Positions 1 to 9,655 of a stretch of 64,000 nucleotides of DNA are shown here, piece after piece. Location of the stretch: contig CAVTNB010000001.1 of assembly GCA_963736005.1 (NCBI GenBank), positions 1,728,001 to 1,792,000 on the forward strand, written 5' to 3'. Origin of the DNA: an uncultured Pseudomonadota bacterium. GTDB taxonomy: Bacteria > Vulcanimicrobiota > Vulcanimicrobiia > Eremiobacterales > Eremiobacteraceae. Numbering within the stretch: the stretch's first letter is position 1; each line of letters starts with the position of its first letter. The translations under genes and the position numbers were made by a program. The notes beneath the pieces were generated by a model that was given only the letters and a program-made list of their open reading frames with translations, searched no databases and was not told the DNA's origin.

Positions 1-555
1 GTAGACGGCGAAGTGCCACAGGTTGGGCAGCGCAAAAAAGAGCATCGCCGTTAAGATGACGACAAAGATCAAGGCGGTGCCAAGATCCGGCTGTTTGAGC
101 ACCAGCAAGGTTGGGGGCACGATGGCCGCCACCGGCACCCACAGCTCGCGCAGCCGCCGGTAATTCCTCTTTGGATCTGCAAGCAGCGCGGCGATCGAGA
201 GAATGGTCAGGAGCTTTGCCGGCTCGGATGGCTGAAAAACGATCGGGCCAACTCCTATCCAACGCTGCGCACCCAGCGCCGAATGCCCCGCGACGGCAAC
301 CGCGCCCAGGATGATGATGTTGACGACGTACACGGGCAACGCCCAGCGCTGCCAGAGATGGTAGTCAATGAAGGCCAGCCCAAGCATCGCCACAACCCCG
401 ATCGCGAGGTACGCTGTTTGACGAATCAGATCTCCGGAACCATCTGCAGAATGAAGGGTTGCGCTCTTGATGATGACGAGCCCAAATATGCCGAGGGCGA
501 TTGCCGTTAGCGCGAGTGGATAGTTAAAGCAAAGATACCAAGGCCGCTCGAGCAC
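1..555 (-). CDS. rodA: Rod shape-determining protein RodA (SEDS family), 3'-truncated by the window edge
   Basis: Manual translation from GTG at 555 (GGAGG SD upstream) gives MLERPWYLCFNYPLAL...GHSALGAQRWIGVGPIVFQPSEPAKL, containing the SEDS GAxRW and QPSE motifs; lies downstream of minE. Confidence 0.88.
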   Translation of the reverse strand, partial: MLERPWYLCFNYPLALTAIALGIFGLVIIKSATLHSADGSGDLIRQTAYLAIGVVAMLGLAFIDYHLWQRWALPVYVVNIIILGAVAVAGHSALGAQRWIGVGPIVFQPSEPAKLLTILSIAALLADPKRNYRRLRELWVPVAAIVPPTLLVLKQPDLGTALIFVVILTAMLFFALPNLWHFAVY

Positions 556-570
556 GGCACCTCCGAATGC

Positions 571-1047
571 CTAGGTTGACGGCTCGTCGAGGCCCGTCTC
601 TGGCAGAAGGTTTCCGTTGCTGCCCCCGTCACTCGCGGCATCGGCACCGTAGTGGCCATTTTGGGCAGTCTCCTGCGGCTTTACGCGACTGCGGCGGCGC
701 CGGCGCCGCCGTACGGTGCTTCCATTGCCCACGCGATGGCCGTTGCCTCCAACCGCCAGACGCTGCCGTTCGTGCTCGATCTGTTCGCTGGACTTCACGT
801 TGACCACCGGGATGTTGGCGAGCAGCATGAAGCGTCGTTCCGCACTTTCAAAATGGAAGTCGAGACCGTGCTCGTCAATGTCCAGATATCGCTGGACCAC
901 TGACAGCATCTCGGTTTTCATCGCATCGAACGTTTCCGGCGCGAGCGACACACGGTCAGAGAGCAGCACCAAGCGCAAACGCTCCTTGGCAAGGCTGCGG
1001 CTCGATTCTTCGCGGCGGAAAAACTTCGTCAGAAAATCCAGCATCAT
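571..1047 (-). CDS. minE: Cell division topological specificity factor MinE with a long C-terminal extension
   Basis: N-terminal amphipathic helix, AKERLRLVLLSDR contact helix, LLANIPV; follows minD. Confidence 0.93.
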   Translation of the reverse strand: MMLDFLTKFFRREESSRSLAKERLRLVLLSDRVSLAPETFDAMKTEMLSVVQRYLDIDEHGLDFHFESAERRFMLLANIPVVNVKSSEQIEHERQRLAVGGNGHRVGNGSTVRRRRRRRSRVKPQETAQNGHYGADAASDGGSNGNLLPETGLDEPST

Positions 1048-1048
1048 C

Positions 1049-1993
1049 TCATCCTTTCGCCGCTCTCGATCGCGAGAAGTTTAACTTCGAAAGCACGCCC
1101 GAGAACCAGTCTTTTCTTTCGGTCAAATCAGGAATAGGAACGTCTTCCCCAAGCAAGCGCGAGGCGATGCGCCGCAGCGCCTGACCGGTTGGCGAACCAG
1201 TCATATCGATCACCGGATTGCCGCGGTTGGTTGCGACGATGACCTCTTTGTCGTCTGGGATGACGCCGACAAGGTCCAGCCGGAGAATCTCAAGCACGTC
1301 GTCGACGCTCATCATGGTGCCCTTCTTGACCAGTTGTGGACGCACGCGATTGATGATGAGACGTGCCGGCATGTCATTCGGCAGTAGGCCAGCGACCCGG
1401 TCGGCGTCTCGAACTGCTGAAACCTCGGGGGTCGTCACCACGATCGCTTCCTGGGCGCCAACGACTGCGTTGCGAAAACCTTGCTCGATACCGGCGGGGC
1501 AATCGATGAGGACGACGTCAAAGGTCTCCCGCAGCTCGTCGATGAGATCGATCATGTCCTCTGGCTCGATTTCATCTTTGTCGCGATTCTGCGCGGCCGG
1601 CAGGAGCATGAGCGAGCGGCGCACGCGATCGCGCACGAGCGCTTCGTCGAGCTCGCAGCGTTCTTCGATCACGTCGAGCGAGTGCAGGCGCACCCGGTTT
1701 TCCAAGCCCATGACGACATCGAGATTGCGCAACCCAACGTCTGCATCGACGACGACGACGCGCTTCCCGGAATCAGCAAGCGCAGCGCCCAGGTTCGCCG
1801 TCACCGTCGTCTTGCCAACGCCGCCCTTTCCGGAGGTGATCACAATTGCTCGACCCAAGGTCCCGCTCGCAGGAGCCGATCTTCGGCGCTTGCGCGGAGC
1901 GGGTTCGGAAACAGTCCGCGCCTCTTCAATCGTCGGGGGGACGGGCGCAGGCAGAGCGAGGATTTCTTGTGGTTGATGCACGTCGTTGCTCAT
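1049..1993 (-). CDS. minD: Septum site-determining ATPase MinD, second copy, with N-terminal extension
   Basis: SGKGGVGKTT, DADVGLRNLD, PEVSAVRDADR and a C-terminal amphipathic helix; ATG at 1993 overlaps the upstream minD stop (ATGA). Confidence 0.9.
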   Translation of the reverse strand: MSNDVHQPQEILALPAPVPPTIEEARTVSEPAPRKRRRSAPASGTLGRAIVITSGKGGVGKTTVTANLGAALADSGKRVVVVDADVGLRNLDVVMGLENRVRLHSLDVIEERCELDEALVRDRVRRSLMLLPAAQNRDKDEIEPEDMIDLIDELRETFDVVLIDCPAGIEQGFRNAVVGAQEAIVVTTPEVSAVRDADRVAGLLPNDMPARLIINRVRPQLVKKGTMMSVDDVLEILRLDLVGVIPDDKEVIVATNRGNPVIDMTGSPTGQALRRIASRLLGEDVPIPDLTERKDWFSGVLSKLNFSRSRAAKG

Positions 1994-2778
1994 CGTTGAC
2001 CCACCACGATGCGGCGTAATCGGTTCCACAATCCATCGTCTTGCAACTCGAGTGCCGGAATATTTTCACCCAACAATCGGCGCGCCATCGTGAAGTAGAT
2101 GGCGGACAGCCTGCGGCTGGGATCCAGCGATACCGGCTGGCCGCGATTGGTCGTATCGATGATTTCTTCGTCGTCAGGCACGACGCCGAGGACTTCGCGG
2201 CTCAAAATTTGCGCAACATCATCAACGCTGAGCATGTCGCCCGTGCGAACCATGTCCGGCCTGACTCGGTTCACGACAAGCCTCGCCCGCCGCGTGCCCA
2301 GCATGCCGATAACTCGATCTGCGTCGCGGATCGCGGACACTTCGGGCATGGTTACCACGATCGCCTCGTCTGCGCCGGCGACGGCATTGCGAAAGCCATG
2401 TTCGATGCCCGCCGGGCAATCGATCAAGACAGCGTCGAAATCTGCTCCAAGGGCGTGCACCACGCGGGCCATCTGCGATTCGGACACCGATTCCTTATCC
2501 TTGGTTTGCGCTGCCGGCATCAAAAAAAGTCCTGGCAGGCGCTTGTCCTTGATGAGTGCTTGCCGCGGCTGGCAGCGGCCTTCGGCAAGATCGACCACGT
2601 CGTAGACAATACGCTTTTCAAGTCCGAGCACGAGATCGAGATTGCGCAGACCGATGTCCGCATCGACGAGCGCCACTTGCTTTCCCAATCGCGCCAGGGC
2701 AACACCGAGATTCGCGGTGGTCGTCGTTTTGCCGACGCCGCCCTTTCCGGAGGTGACGACGAAGATATTGCCTTTCAC
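1990..2778 (-). CDS. minD: Septum site-determining ATPase MinD, first copy
   Basis: SGKGGVGKTTT, DADIGLRNLD, PEVSAIRDADR and membrane-targeting GLWNRLRRI; GTGA overlap with minC. Confidence 0.95.
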   Translation of the reverse strand: MKGNIFVVTSGKGGVGKTTTTANLGVALARLGKQVALVDADIGLRNLDLVLGLEKRIVYDVVDLAEGRCQPRQALIKDKRLPGLFLMPAAQTKDKESVSESQMARVVHALGADFDAVLIDCPAGIEHGFRNAVAGADEAIVVTMPEVSAIRDADRVIGMLGTRRARLVVNRVRPDMVRTGDMLSVDDVAQILSREVLGVVPDDEEIIDTTNRGQPVSLDPSRRLSAIYFTMARRLLGENIPALELQDDGLWNRLRRIVVGQR

Positions 2779-3569
2779 CGCGACCTCACTTTATCACGCC
2801 CGGGAACCGCAGCAGCAATGGTAATCTTTCCCTCAACGATGCGCGCTACCTCGGGCACTGCGGGATGCCTCGCAACGTTTCCCTCGGACGGTGCAGACGC
2901 GATCGAACGCGAGATGCGTAGCTGGGTCGGCTCCAATCGCAGAGCGTAGACTGCAGCGCGGTCGTCACCCTCTGCGCCTGCGTGGGCGACACCGCGCAGC
3001 GTACCCCACACGACGATGTCGCCGGTCGCGATGAGCTCCGCGCCCGCATTGACGTCGCCCATCACCACGATGCTGCCGAAGGCGCTCAGGCTCTGACCGG
3101 AGCGCAGGTTTCCTTTATAATAGCAGTGTTGTGCGCTGGCGCTGCTTGAGGCAGTCCGGGGTACGGCCGACCCGTTGCCGGATCGCGCGGCTTCGCGCGC
3201 TGCCGCCTCGCCCTGCTCGTGAGCGGCCCTGCGCACGTGGGCTGGCTCGGTCCGGTCGTCTCGAACTCGTGGTGCGGCCGCCACGCTGGCGGCAACGATG
3301 TGAAGTCCCGCGGCGCGCGCTGCCACCGCCACCTCTTCCGCATCACAGACAGCGCCATCGGCACCAATCCCAAACTCTTCTAAGGTGGCGATGATACCCT
3401 CTAGATCAGCAGCATCAAGCGCTTGGTCGCCAAGCATGAGCACGGCTCGGCCGCCGCGATAGAAATTGGGCAGCGTTGCGAGCCGCTCGCGCAGCTTGCT
3501 GACAATCGGAGTGAGCGGTCGCTCATGCAGGTGAAGCAAGAGACCGGATTTTGTACCTTTGATTTGCAC
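2775..3569 (-). CDS. minC: Septum site-determining protein MinC
   Basis: VQIKGTKSGL N-terminus and C-terminal beta-helix (LRSGQSL, GDVNAGAEL, VWGTLRGVAHAG); start GTG 3569 chosen. Confidence 0.93.
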   Translation of the reverse strand: MQIKGTKSGLLLHLHERPLTPIVSKLRERLATLPNFYRGGRAVLMLGDQALDAADLEGIIATLEEFGIGADGAVCDAEEVAVAARAAGLHIVAASVAAAPRVRDDRTEPAHVRRAAHEQGEAAAREAARSGNGSAVPRTASSSASAQHCYYKGNLRSGQSLSAFGSIVVMGDVNAGAELIATGDIVVWGTLRGVAHAGAEGDDRAAVYALRLEPTQLRISRSIASAPSEGNVARHPAVPEVARIVEGKITIAAAVPGRDKVRSR

Positions 3570-3775
3570 CGGGCGCCTCTGGTGCCGCCTTTGCGGACCG
3601 CCCCTTTTTCCCTTGTGGACGCGGCGGCGAATAGATTGTGGACACACTGTGCACGAAGCTGAATAGCAGCTGTACGAAAGGCGCAGGGAGCCGCAGGCAG
3701 CCTGTCGCAAAGTGCTCATTACATCCCCGCTCCGTGGGCGCCGGAGCACACCTGGGGCATCGCGGGAGACCCACC

Positions 3776-5761
3776 ATGAAGCAGATATATAAACGCAGCA
3801 TCGCCTTAGCCGTGCTGGCCAGCCTCGTCGTGACCAGCACGCCGCTCCCGGCCGGAGCCATCTCAACGGCCACCGAGATTCGCATCGGTCAGGAGGCCGC
3901 TCGACAGGTCGACCAGGAAAACCCGATCCTCACCGACCCAATATTGAATAACTGGGTCAATACCATTGGCGGCAACGACGCGCAGTATCGCGCACGTCCC
4001 GACATCAACTACACGTTCAAGATCATCGACACCAACGACATCAATTCGTTCTCGCTGCCGGGCGGGTTCATTTATGTCAACTATGGCCTACTTAATTTTG
4101 TCAACTCGGACGACGAGCTCGCGGGCGTGTTGGGGCACGAAATCGGTCACACCGAGCGCCGGAACCAACTTACCCTTAACGCCAAAGCTCAGGTGCTCAA
4201 TATCATTTTGGGCGTGTTGTCGTTCATCTCTCCGTTCGTGTGGCGTTTCGGCGGATTGATCAATGGTCTCTCCGTTGAAAAAATGTCGCGAGTCGACGAG
4301 CTCGAAGCCGACCAGTATGGCCTCTTGCTGATGAGTCGAGCCGGCTACGACCCGAATGCGATGGTTTCGTTCATGGAGCGCTTGGGCAACGAAGATGCCG
4401 CACAAGGTAACGATTTGCTCAACAAATATTTTGAAGATCACCCCGAATCACCGGATCGGGTTTCGCACCTGCGCGGTTATCCGGAATTGTCACAGACCAC
4501 ACCCGAGCAACAACTGGCGGAAGCCATTCACGACGAGGACGAGGGCCGCTACGCCTACGCGCAGCACAAGTTCGACATGGTGCTTGCAAAAGAACCCAAT
4601 AACCAACTGGCACTCTTACACGAGGGCCAGGTGGACGTCGCTCTTGGTGACTACAGCGAGGGGCAATTGGCGCTTGGTAAGGTCCAACATGCTCCCGCTC
4701 TCACCTCCGCTGCGCAGGCAGCCGTGCAACGCGAGATGGCGCTGCTACCCGAAGCCCAAACTCCCGGTGGCAAGCTACTCGACCCAGATATTACCCCCCT
4801 GGTGAAACAAGTTGGGAATGCGCTTGCCTCGACCAAGGCCACGCAAGCATCGCTCGACGATCACATTAAGCTTGCCAAGGACGACCTGCATCGATTTAAC
4901 GATCGCTTGAACAACATGTCGTACGAAGTCCCTGACTTCAGCCAGGTTGACATTCAACCCGGCAGCCGGTTGGACGGCGTCTTGAGCGACCTCGCGCATC
5001 TGGCCAAAGACATCAACATCGTTGAAGACAAGGCATATGCGCTGATGCAGAACTCGCCCGACATGTTCAAGGATGACGTCAGCGTTCTCAACGAAATGCA
5101 GGCGCCACTCCATCGCAAGACCATGACGGCGACCGATCGAGAATTGCTCCCGTACTATCCAGATATTCTCACGCAGATGAATACGTCGCAAAGCGACCTG
5201 ATTTCTGGCGTCACTTCGGTTCGAGGTGCACTGGCGCTTGGCTGGGAGGCGATTGCGCCGCTTGACGATTACTTCCGCGAACTCGACCGGTCGCAGCTCG
5301 ATTTTGGCGGTGACATCTCCCCGCGGACGGCTCAGGATCTCAAGCCGCTCGCGGTCAAGGCCGAGACGGCACTCGATGCGGCTGCCGCGGCCGCAGAAGT
5401 AGCTCAGACCTCGTACTTCAACGCTCAGGCTCGTCAACTCATCAGTCAAATCACCATGCTTGGCGTTGGTCTTTCGGAACCAAGGTACGAGACGCTCACT
5501 CACGTTATCTCGCGGAGGATTGGCATCGATCCTCCGAGCTACGAAGAGACGGTCAGGCTGGGACTCTCTGCGGGAGACCTCACAGCAGCAACATGGCTCG
5601 CGGCGGAGGAAAAGGTGCCGGTGAGCACGGTCATCAACGAAGAACGCGCCACTGGTAAAAGCGTCATCGATATGGCGGTTGCGAAGGGCCTCTCCCAAGA
5701 ATCGCTCGAAGTCATCTTGGGTCTCATTTACGAAGGCTACACGGAGAAGCCGCTTGATTGA
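3776..5761 (+). CDS. Exported M48-family Zn metalloprotease (BepA/YfgC-like) with TPR-like and long helical C-terminal region
   Basis: Signal peptide, NSFSLPGG, HEIGH (HExxH), SRVDELEADQYG, DHP; ATG 3776 with GGGAG SD. Confidence 0.85.
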   Translation: MKQIYKRSIALAVLASLVVTSTPLPAGAISTATEIRIGQEAARQVDQENPILTDPILNNWVNTIGGNDAQYRARPDINYTFKIIDTNDINSFSLPGGFIYVNYGLLNFVNSDDELAGVLGHEIGHTERRNQLTLNAKAQVLNIILGVLSFISPFVWRFGGLINGLSVEKMSRVDELEADQYGLLLMSRAGYDPNAMVSFMERLGNEDAAQGNDLLNKYFEDHPESPDRVSHLRGYPELSQTTPEQQLAEAIHDEDEGRYAYAQHKFDMVLAKEPNNQLALLHEGQVDVALGDYSEGQLALGKVQHAPALTSAAQAAVQREMALLPEAQTPGGKLLDPDITPLVKQVGNALASTKATQASLDDHIKLAKDDLHRFNDRLNNMSYEVPDFSQVDIQPGSRLDGVLSDLAHLAKDINIVEDKAYALMQNSPDMFKDDVSVLNEMQAPLHRKTMTATDRELLPYYPDILTQMNTSQSDLISGVTSVRGALALGWEAIAPLDDYFRELDRSQLDFGGDISPRTAQDLKPLAVKAETALDAAAAAAEVAQTSYFNAQARQLISQITMLGVGLSEPRYETLTHVISRRIGIDPPSYEETVRLGLSAGDLTAATWLAAEEKVPVSTVINEERATGKSVIDMAVAKGLSQESLEVILGLIYEGYTEKPLD

Positions 5762-5785
5762 AACCCTCGCACAGCGCGCATCCCG

Positions 5786-5814
5786 AAAGGGGCAGCCGAA
5801 CGGTTGCCCCTTTT
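5786..5814 (+). terminator. Intrinsic terminator after the M48 peptidase
   Basis: AAAGGGGCAGCCG-AA-CGGTTGCCCCTTTT hairpin with T tail. Confidence 0.7.
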
Positions 5815-5843
5815 GCCAATCTTCGCTGAGGAAGCGCTAGACC

Positions 5844-6830
5844 GTGGGCAGCGCGGGGCGCTGGGCATCTCATCTCCGTCGCCAGGTCGACCTCAAACAA
5901 GTTGATGCTGAAGCGCATGAAACAGTAGCCCTCGGCGTTGCAGGTCCTCGTCGCGAAGATTTTCTGCAGGCACTCTTGAGCGCGGGGCCGGCGCGCGATG
6001 GCTCGATCATTGCGTGCAAGACGCCTGACGATGCGGTGAGCCCCTCTGGGGTGTCCGTCAATGCCGCCGTCTATTGCCCGGACTCAGAGTCCCAAAATGG
6101 AGCGCTGGCACGTGTTTCTTCGCTGCCATTTGCAGTCTGCGTCGTGCGCACGGGTGGGTCGGGCGGAGCCGACGAGGCACGACTTGCGACCGCTGCGCCA
6201 CCAAAAAGACCGGTGCTTGGTCAGGCAACCGTCTATTATGTGAGCGCCATGGAACTGGCGCAGTTGCGCAAGTACTTGCTGCCGGACATCGTGCGCCTCT
6301 ATCGCGGCCGCGAGACTGCACTCGCCTCTGCAATTCCGGCATTTCGCCCGGTCGTGGCCGCCAAGCTGACCGCGGACTGCGCTATGACGTGCTTGAAGAT
6401 TGCCGCGGCGTCAGCAGTTGCCGATCATATACCGGTGCTTGGGCTCTTGACCGGTGGCATTGCGTCGGCCGGCGATACCATCGCGATCACCGCCTTGCAG
6501 ATGCGCATGCTGCTGCGCATCGCTGCCGCGTATGGTAAGAAGCAGGAGTTTGCGCGCATCTTAGAACTGCTGCCGGTTGTGGGAGGCGGCTACGGCTGGC
6601 GCGCCCTCGCGCGCGAGGCATCGGGGTTCATTCCGATTGCCGGCATTCCGATCAAGGCTGCGATTGCGTATGCCGGTACGCTCGTGGTCGGACAAGTGGC
6701 CTCTCATTACTATGAGACTGGTCTCCACATGTCGAGCGGTGCCATTGGCGCTATATATCGCGAAGCATCCACCCAAGCGCGTGAATTTGCGCGCAGCCTC
6801 ACGACTCGTTCAAACCGCAAGAGCAAATAA
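5844..6830 (+). CDS. Hypothetical protein with DUF697/EcsC-like C-terminal helical membrane-associated region
   Basis: 328-aa ORF; pattern IP..G...GD.I.IT..Q..M...IAAAYG...GGG.GWR..AR...GFIP..G...KAAIAY.GT resembles DUF697-type proteins. Confidence 0.6.
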   Translation: MGSAGRWASHLRRQVDLKQVDAEAHETVALGVAGPRREDFLQALLSAGPARDGSIIACKTPDDAVSPSGVSVNAAVYCPDSESQNGALARVSSLPFAVCVVRTGGSGGADEARLATAAPPKRPVLGQATVYYVSAMELAQLRKYLLPDIVRLYRGRETALASAIPAFRPVVAAKLTADCAMTCLKIAAASAVADHIPVLGLLTGGIASAGDTIAITALQMRMLLRIAAAYGKKQEFARILELLPVVGGGYGWRALAREASGFIPIAGIPIKAAIAYAGTLVVGQVASHYYETGLHMSSGAIGAIYREASTQAREFARSLTTRSNRKSK

Positions 6831-6839
6831 CCAGCGTTA

Positions 6840-6881
6840 TGTAGCAGAATGGAAAAGCGGACCTGAAGGTCCGCTGCTACA
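6840..6881. repeat. REP-like palindrome (GTAG type) whose TAG is the recR stop codon
   Basis: AGCGGACCT-GA-AGGTCCGCT followed by GCTACA, with an outer TGTAGCAG/CTGCTACA stem; near-identical copy at 40438-40463. Confidence 0.75.
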
Positions 6882-7476
6882 ACGAGCGGCGGCCCTCCAG
6901 AGCTCGAGTGAGGGTCACCTCATCAGCGTAGTCCAGGTCGCCTCCGATCGGGAGGCCGTACGCGAGCCGCGTGACCTTCACCCCGACCGGTGCGAGCAGG
7001 CGCGCAAGATACAGAGCCGTGGACTCACCTTCCGCGTTGGGATTGGTCGCGATAATGACCTCGCTCGTGTTTTCTTTGCCGACTCGATCGACCAGTTCTT
7101 TAATTTTGAGTTGGCCAACACCAATGCCCTCGATGGGCGAGATGAGACCGCCAAGCACGTGGTAGCGCCCGCGATAGCTCATCGTCCGCTCGATCGCGTA
7201 CACATCTTTTGCTTCGCCCACCACGCAGAGCAGGCTCGGATCGCGTCGTTGATCGCTGCAGATCGTGCACGGATCAGCTTCGGTGAGCGAAAAGCACCGG
7301 CTGCAGAATCGCACTTTCTCTTTGACGTCCAAAATTGCGCGGCTGAGCGCCTCGGCATCTTCCTTCGAAGCCGAAAGCAAATAGAACGCTAGGCGCGCGG
7401 CAGTCTTCGGGCCGATGGTGGGAAGCTTCTCGAGTTCGCCAATCAGCGCCGAGAGAGGAGGTGCGAGATAATCCAA
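6877..7476 (-). CDS. recR: Recombination mediator RecR
   Basis: [13 protein letters not shown]hH, C4 zinc finger, TOPRIM ([12 protein letters not shown]), GGDLDYAD. Confidence 0.97.
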   Translation of the reverse strand: MDYLAPPLSALIGELEKLPTIGPKTAARLAFYLLSASKEDAEALSRAILDVKEKVRFCSRCFSLTEADPCTICSDQRRDPSLLCVVGEAKDVYAIERTMSYRGRYHVLGGLISPIEGIGVGQLKIKELVDRVGKENTSEVIIATNPNAEGESTALYLARLLAPVGVKVTRLAYGLPIGGDLDYADEVTLTRALEGRRSL

Positions 7477-7482
7477 CGTTTC

Positions 7483-7785
7483 TTACAGCCCGGGAAGTCC
7501 GAGACCACCGGCCAGCGGCCCCATCCGCGATGCTGAAAGCTCGGCGACTTTGGCTTGAGCATCTTTGAATGCGATGACGATGAGATCTTCCAGCGTCTCG
7601 ATGTCGCTTGAGTCAACTGCTTGCGGGGCGATCTTGATGCGCTGCGCATGGCCGTGGCCGTTGAGGGTGACCTCGACTGCGCCAGAACCAGCGGTGCCAG
7701 TCACGGTTTCATGGCCGAGATCTTCTTGGATCTTTGCGAGCTGTTCTTGCAGTTTGCGGGCTTGGCGCAAGAGATTTTGGTTCAT
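7483..7785 (-). CDS. ybaB: Nucleoid-associated protein YbaB/EbfC
   Basis: QARKLQEQL...GSGAVEVTLNG...DIETLEDLI; between dnaX and recR. Confidence 0.95.
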   Translation of the reverse strand: MNQNLLRQARKLQEQLAKIQEDLGHETVTGTAGSGAVEVTLNGHGHAQRIKIAPQAVDSSDIETLEDLIVIAFKDAQAKVAELSASRMGPLAGGLGLPGL

Positions 7786-7795
7786 CGTTCTCGTC

Positions 7796-9436
7796 CTAGA
7801 TTAAGTCGGCACCAAGCACGGACTCGGCAAGGGAGAACGCCCCCGCCTCGGTCACGCGTTTGGCCGTGGCCAGTTCGGGAACGACGATCCATTCGATGCC
7901 TGGCGCGGGGCCCCACACTTCGCCGATGGCGGCAGCAATGACATCGGCCATTGCGGGCTCGGCGAGCAAGTCCCGATTGAACCGGCTGGGCACGCCCAGA
8001 GTGACCATCTGCGCGCTTGCATCGACAATAACCGCGTGCTCGAGGTGACCGTAACATGGCTTGGAACGCTCTTTGACCGCGCTCTTCACTTGGGGCCAGA
8101 GCGCCTGAAGTTTTGAAAGCGTGAGCGGCTCTCGGCCTTGGGCAGCGGCGTTGACCTGCAGCTTGGAGCCCACGTTCGGTATTGAAGCCGCAGGCAGCGC
8201 ACTCTTGCCGCGACGCGTGGTTGGGGTCCCGAGTGCCGGCGTCGGCGCCCCCGGGCTCCCGTTTGGAGAACCTGCGCGTTCCTCAAGCGCCCGCAGCCGA
8301 TCGGAGAGACTTTGTAGACTCAGCTCGTCAGTTGGCAGGACGACGCGCATGAGCGCGAGCTCTAAGTCGATGCGCGGTTGTGCCGAGTAGCGCTGAGAAA
8401 TCGCATCGGAAAGATTGCGCAGCACGGCCAAGACGCGGATGCGCGGGATGCCCGCAGCCTTAGCTGCCAGGCGCTCCGCTGTTTCGGCCGGCACTTCCGT
8501 TTTCAATACCTCTGGACTCACCTGCGCTAGCAGCGCGAGCCGAAACCAGCGCAACAGTTCTTTCGAGAGCCACGCAGGATCCGTGCCTCGATCGATCGCC
8601 TCGGACAACGTCTGGAGAACGGCTTTGGGATCGGAAGCAGCCACGGCCTCAGCAGTGCGCTCGACCAAGTCGTACACCGGAGCGCCGAAGGCTGCGTCGA
8701 GCACGGCATCATCGATCTTGCCATTCCCCGCAAATCCGAGAGCCTGTTCCAGGAGCACGAGCGCGTCGCGAAGCGCTCCGTCCGCAAGAAAGGCGATGCG
8801 TTCGAGTGCGCTCGTCGTCACCGCGATACGCTCTTTTTTTGCAACCTCGGCGAGCCGCTGCCCGATATCCTGTGGCTGCACGCGTCGAAACTCGTAACGC
8901 TGGACGCGCGAGAGAATTGTCTGGGGCACTTTATTCGGTTCGGTGGTCGCAAGCACAAAAACAACGTTATCCGGCGGCTCTTCCAGCGTTTTGAGCAGCG
9001 CATTAAACGCTTCGGCGGTCAGCATGTGGACTTCGTCGACGATGTACACTTTCGTGCGAAATTGGGAGGGTGCAAACTTGACGCGCTCACGAAGTTCGCG
9101 AATCTCGTTGATGCCGCGATTGCTGGCGGCATCGATTTCAACGACGTCGAACGCCGTGCCAGCAGCAATGGAGAGACAGGCTTCGCACGCTCCGCACGGG
9201 TCCGGGCGCGGTCCACCGCGCTGGCAATTCAGACACTTTGCGAGAATGCGCGCCGCGGAAGTTTTGCCGGTTCCACGCGGTCCAGCGAACAGGTACGCGT
9301 GCGCAACTCTAGAGTTCTTGACAGCGGCCTGCAAGCCAGTGACGACAGCTGGCTGCCCCACCAGCTCGTCGAAACCCATCGGCCGATACTTGCGGTACAG
9401 CGTCACAGATTGACGCTCGGGAACAAAGGATGACAC
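7796..9436 (-). CDS. dnaX: DNA polymerase III subunit gamma/tau
   Basis: LYRKYRP, GPRGTGKTS, EIDAASN, DEVHML, LKTLEEPP; start GTG 9436 is approximate. Confidence 0.95.
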   Translation of the reverse strand: MSSFVPERQSVTLYRKYRPMGFDELVGQPAVVTGLQAAVKNSRVAHAYLFAGPRGTGKTSAARILAKCLNCQRGGPRPDPCGACEACLSIAAGTAFDVVEIDAASNRGINEIRELRERVKFAPSQFRTKVYIVDEVHMLTAEAFNALLKTLEEPPDNVVFVLATTEPNKVPQTILSRVQRYEFRRVQPQDIGQRLAEVAKKERIAVTTSALERIAFLADGALRDALVLLEQALGFAGNGKIDDAVLDAAFGAPVYDLVERTAEAVAASDPKAVLQTLSEAIDRGTDPAWLSKELLRWFRLALLAQVSPEVLKTEVPAETAERLAAKAAGIPRIRVLAVLRNLSDAISQRYSAQPRIDLELALMRVVLPTDELSLQSLSDRLRALEERAGSPNGSPGAPTPALGTPTTRRGKSALPAASIPNVGSKLQVNAAAQGREPLTLSKLQALWPQVKSAVKERSKPCYGHLEHAVIVDASAQMVTLGVPSRFNRDLLAEPAMADVIAAAIGEVWGPAPGIEWIVVPELATAKRVTEAGAFSLAESVLGADLI

Positions 9437-9655
9437 AATCTTGGCTGTTCTGTCGGACGGATGTGCTTTCCTAGACAGAGGGACTGAGGCTCGCGAAGCC
9501 GTAGGTTTCAAGAGCAGATATCAGGGGTATAACAAAGCAAGCGTCAAGGTTTTTCTGGCAAAGCTACTGGCTGCGGTATGTATGAAGCCGCCGCACTCTT
9601 ATTTTTCCCGCGCGCGCGCCTATAGTACATAAGGAAGGTTCATCACACAAACGTC

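Noticed and set aside
1218..2949. Long plus-strand ORFs antisense to minD, and many similar shadow ORFs across the window
   Set aside because: Expected shadows of GC-rich coding sequence; no motifs, and they fully overlap well-supported genes
8833..8840. A AAA AAA G slippery-like run in dnaX as a gamma/tau frameshift site
   Set aside because: It lies around codon 200, inside the clamp-loader core, too early to give a functional gamma subunit
9437..9655. SRP RNA or tRNA often found upstream of dnaX
   Set aside because: No SRP helix-8 motif (CAGGTCCGGAAGGAAGCAG-like) or cloverleaf seen; looks like divergent promoters only
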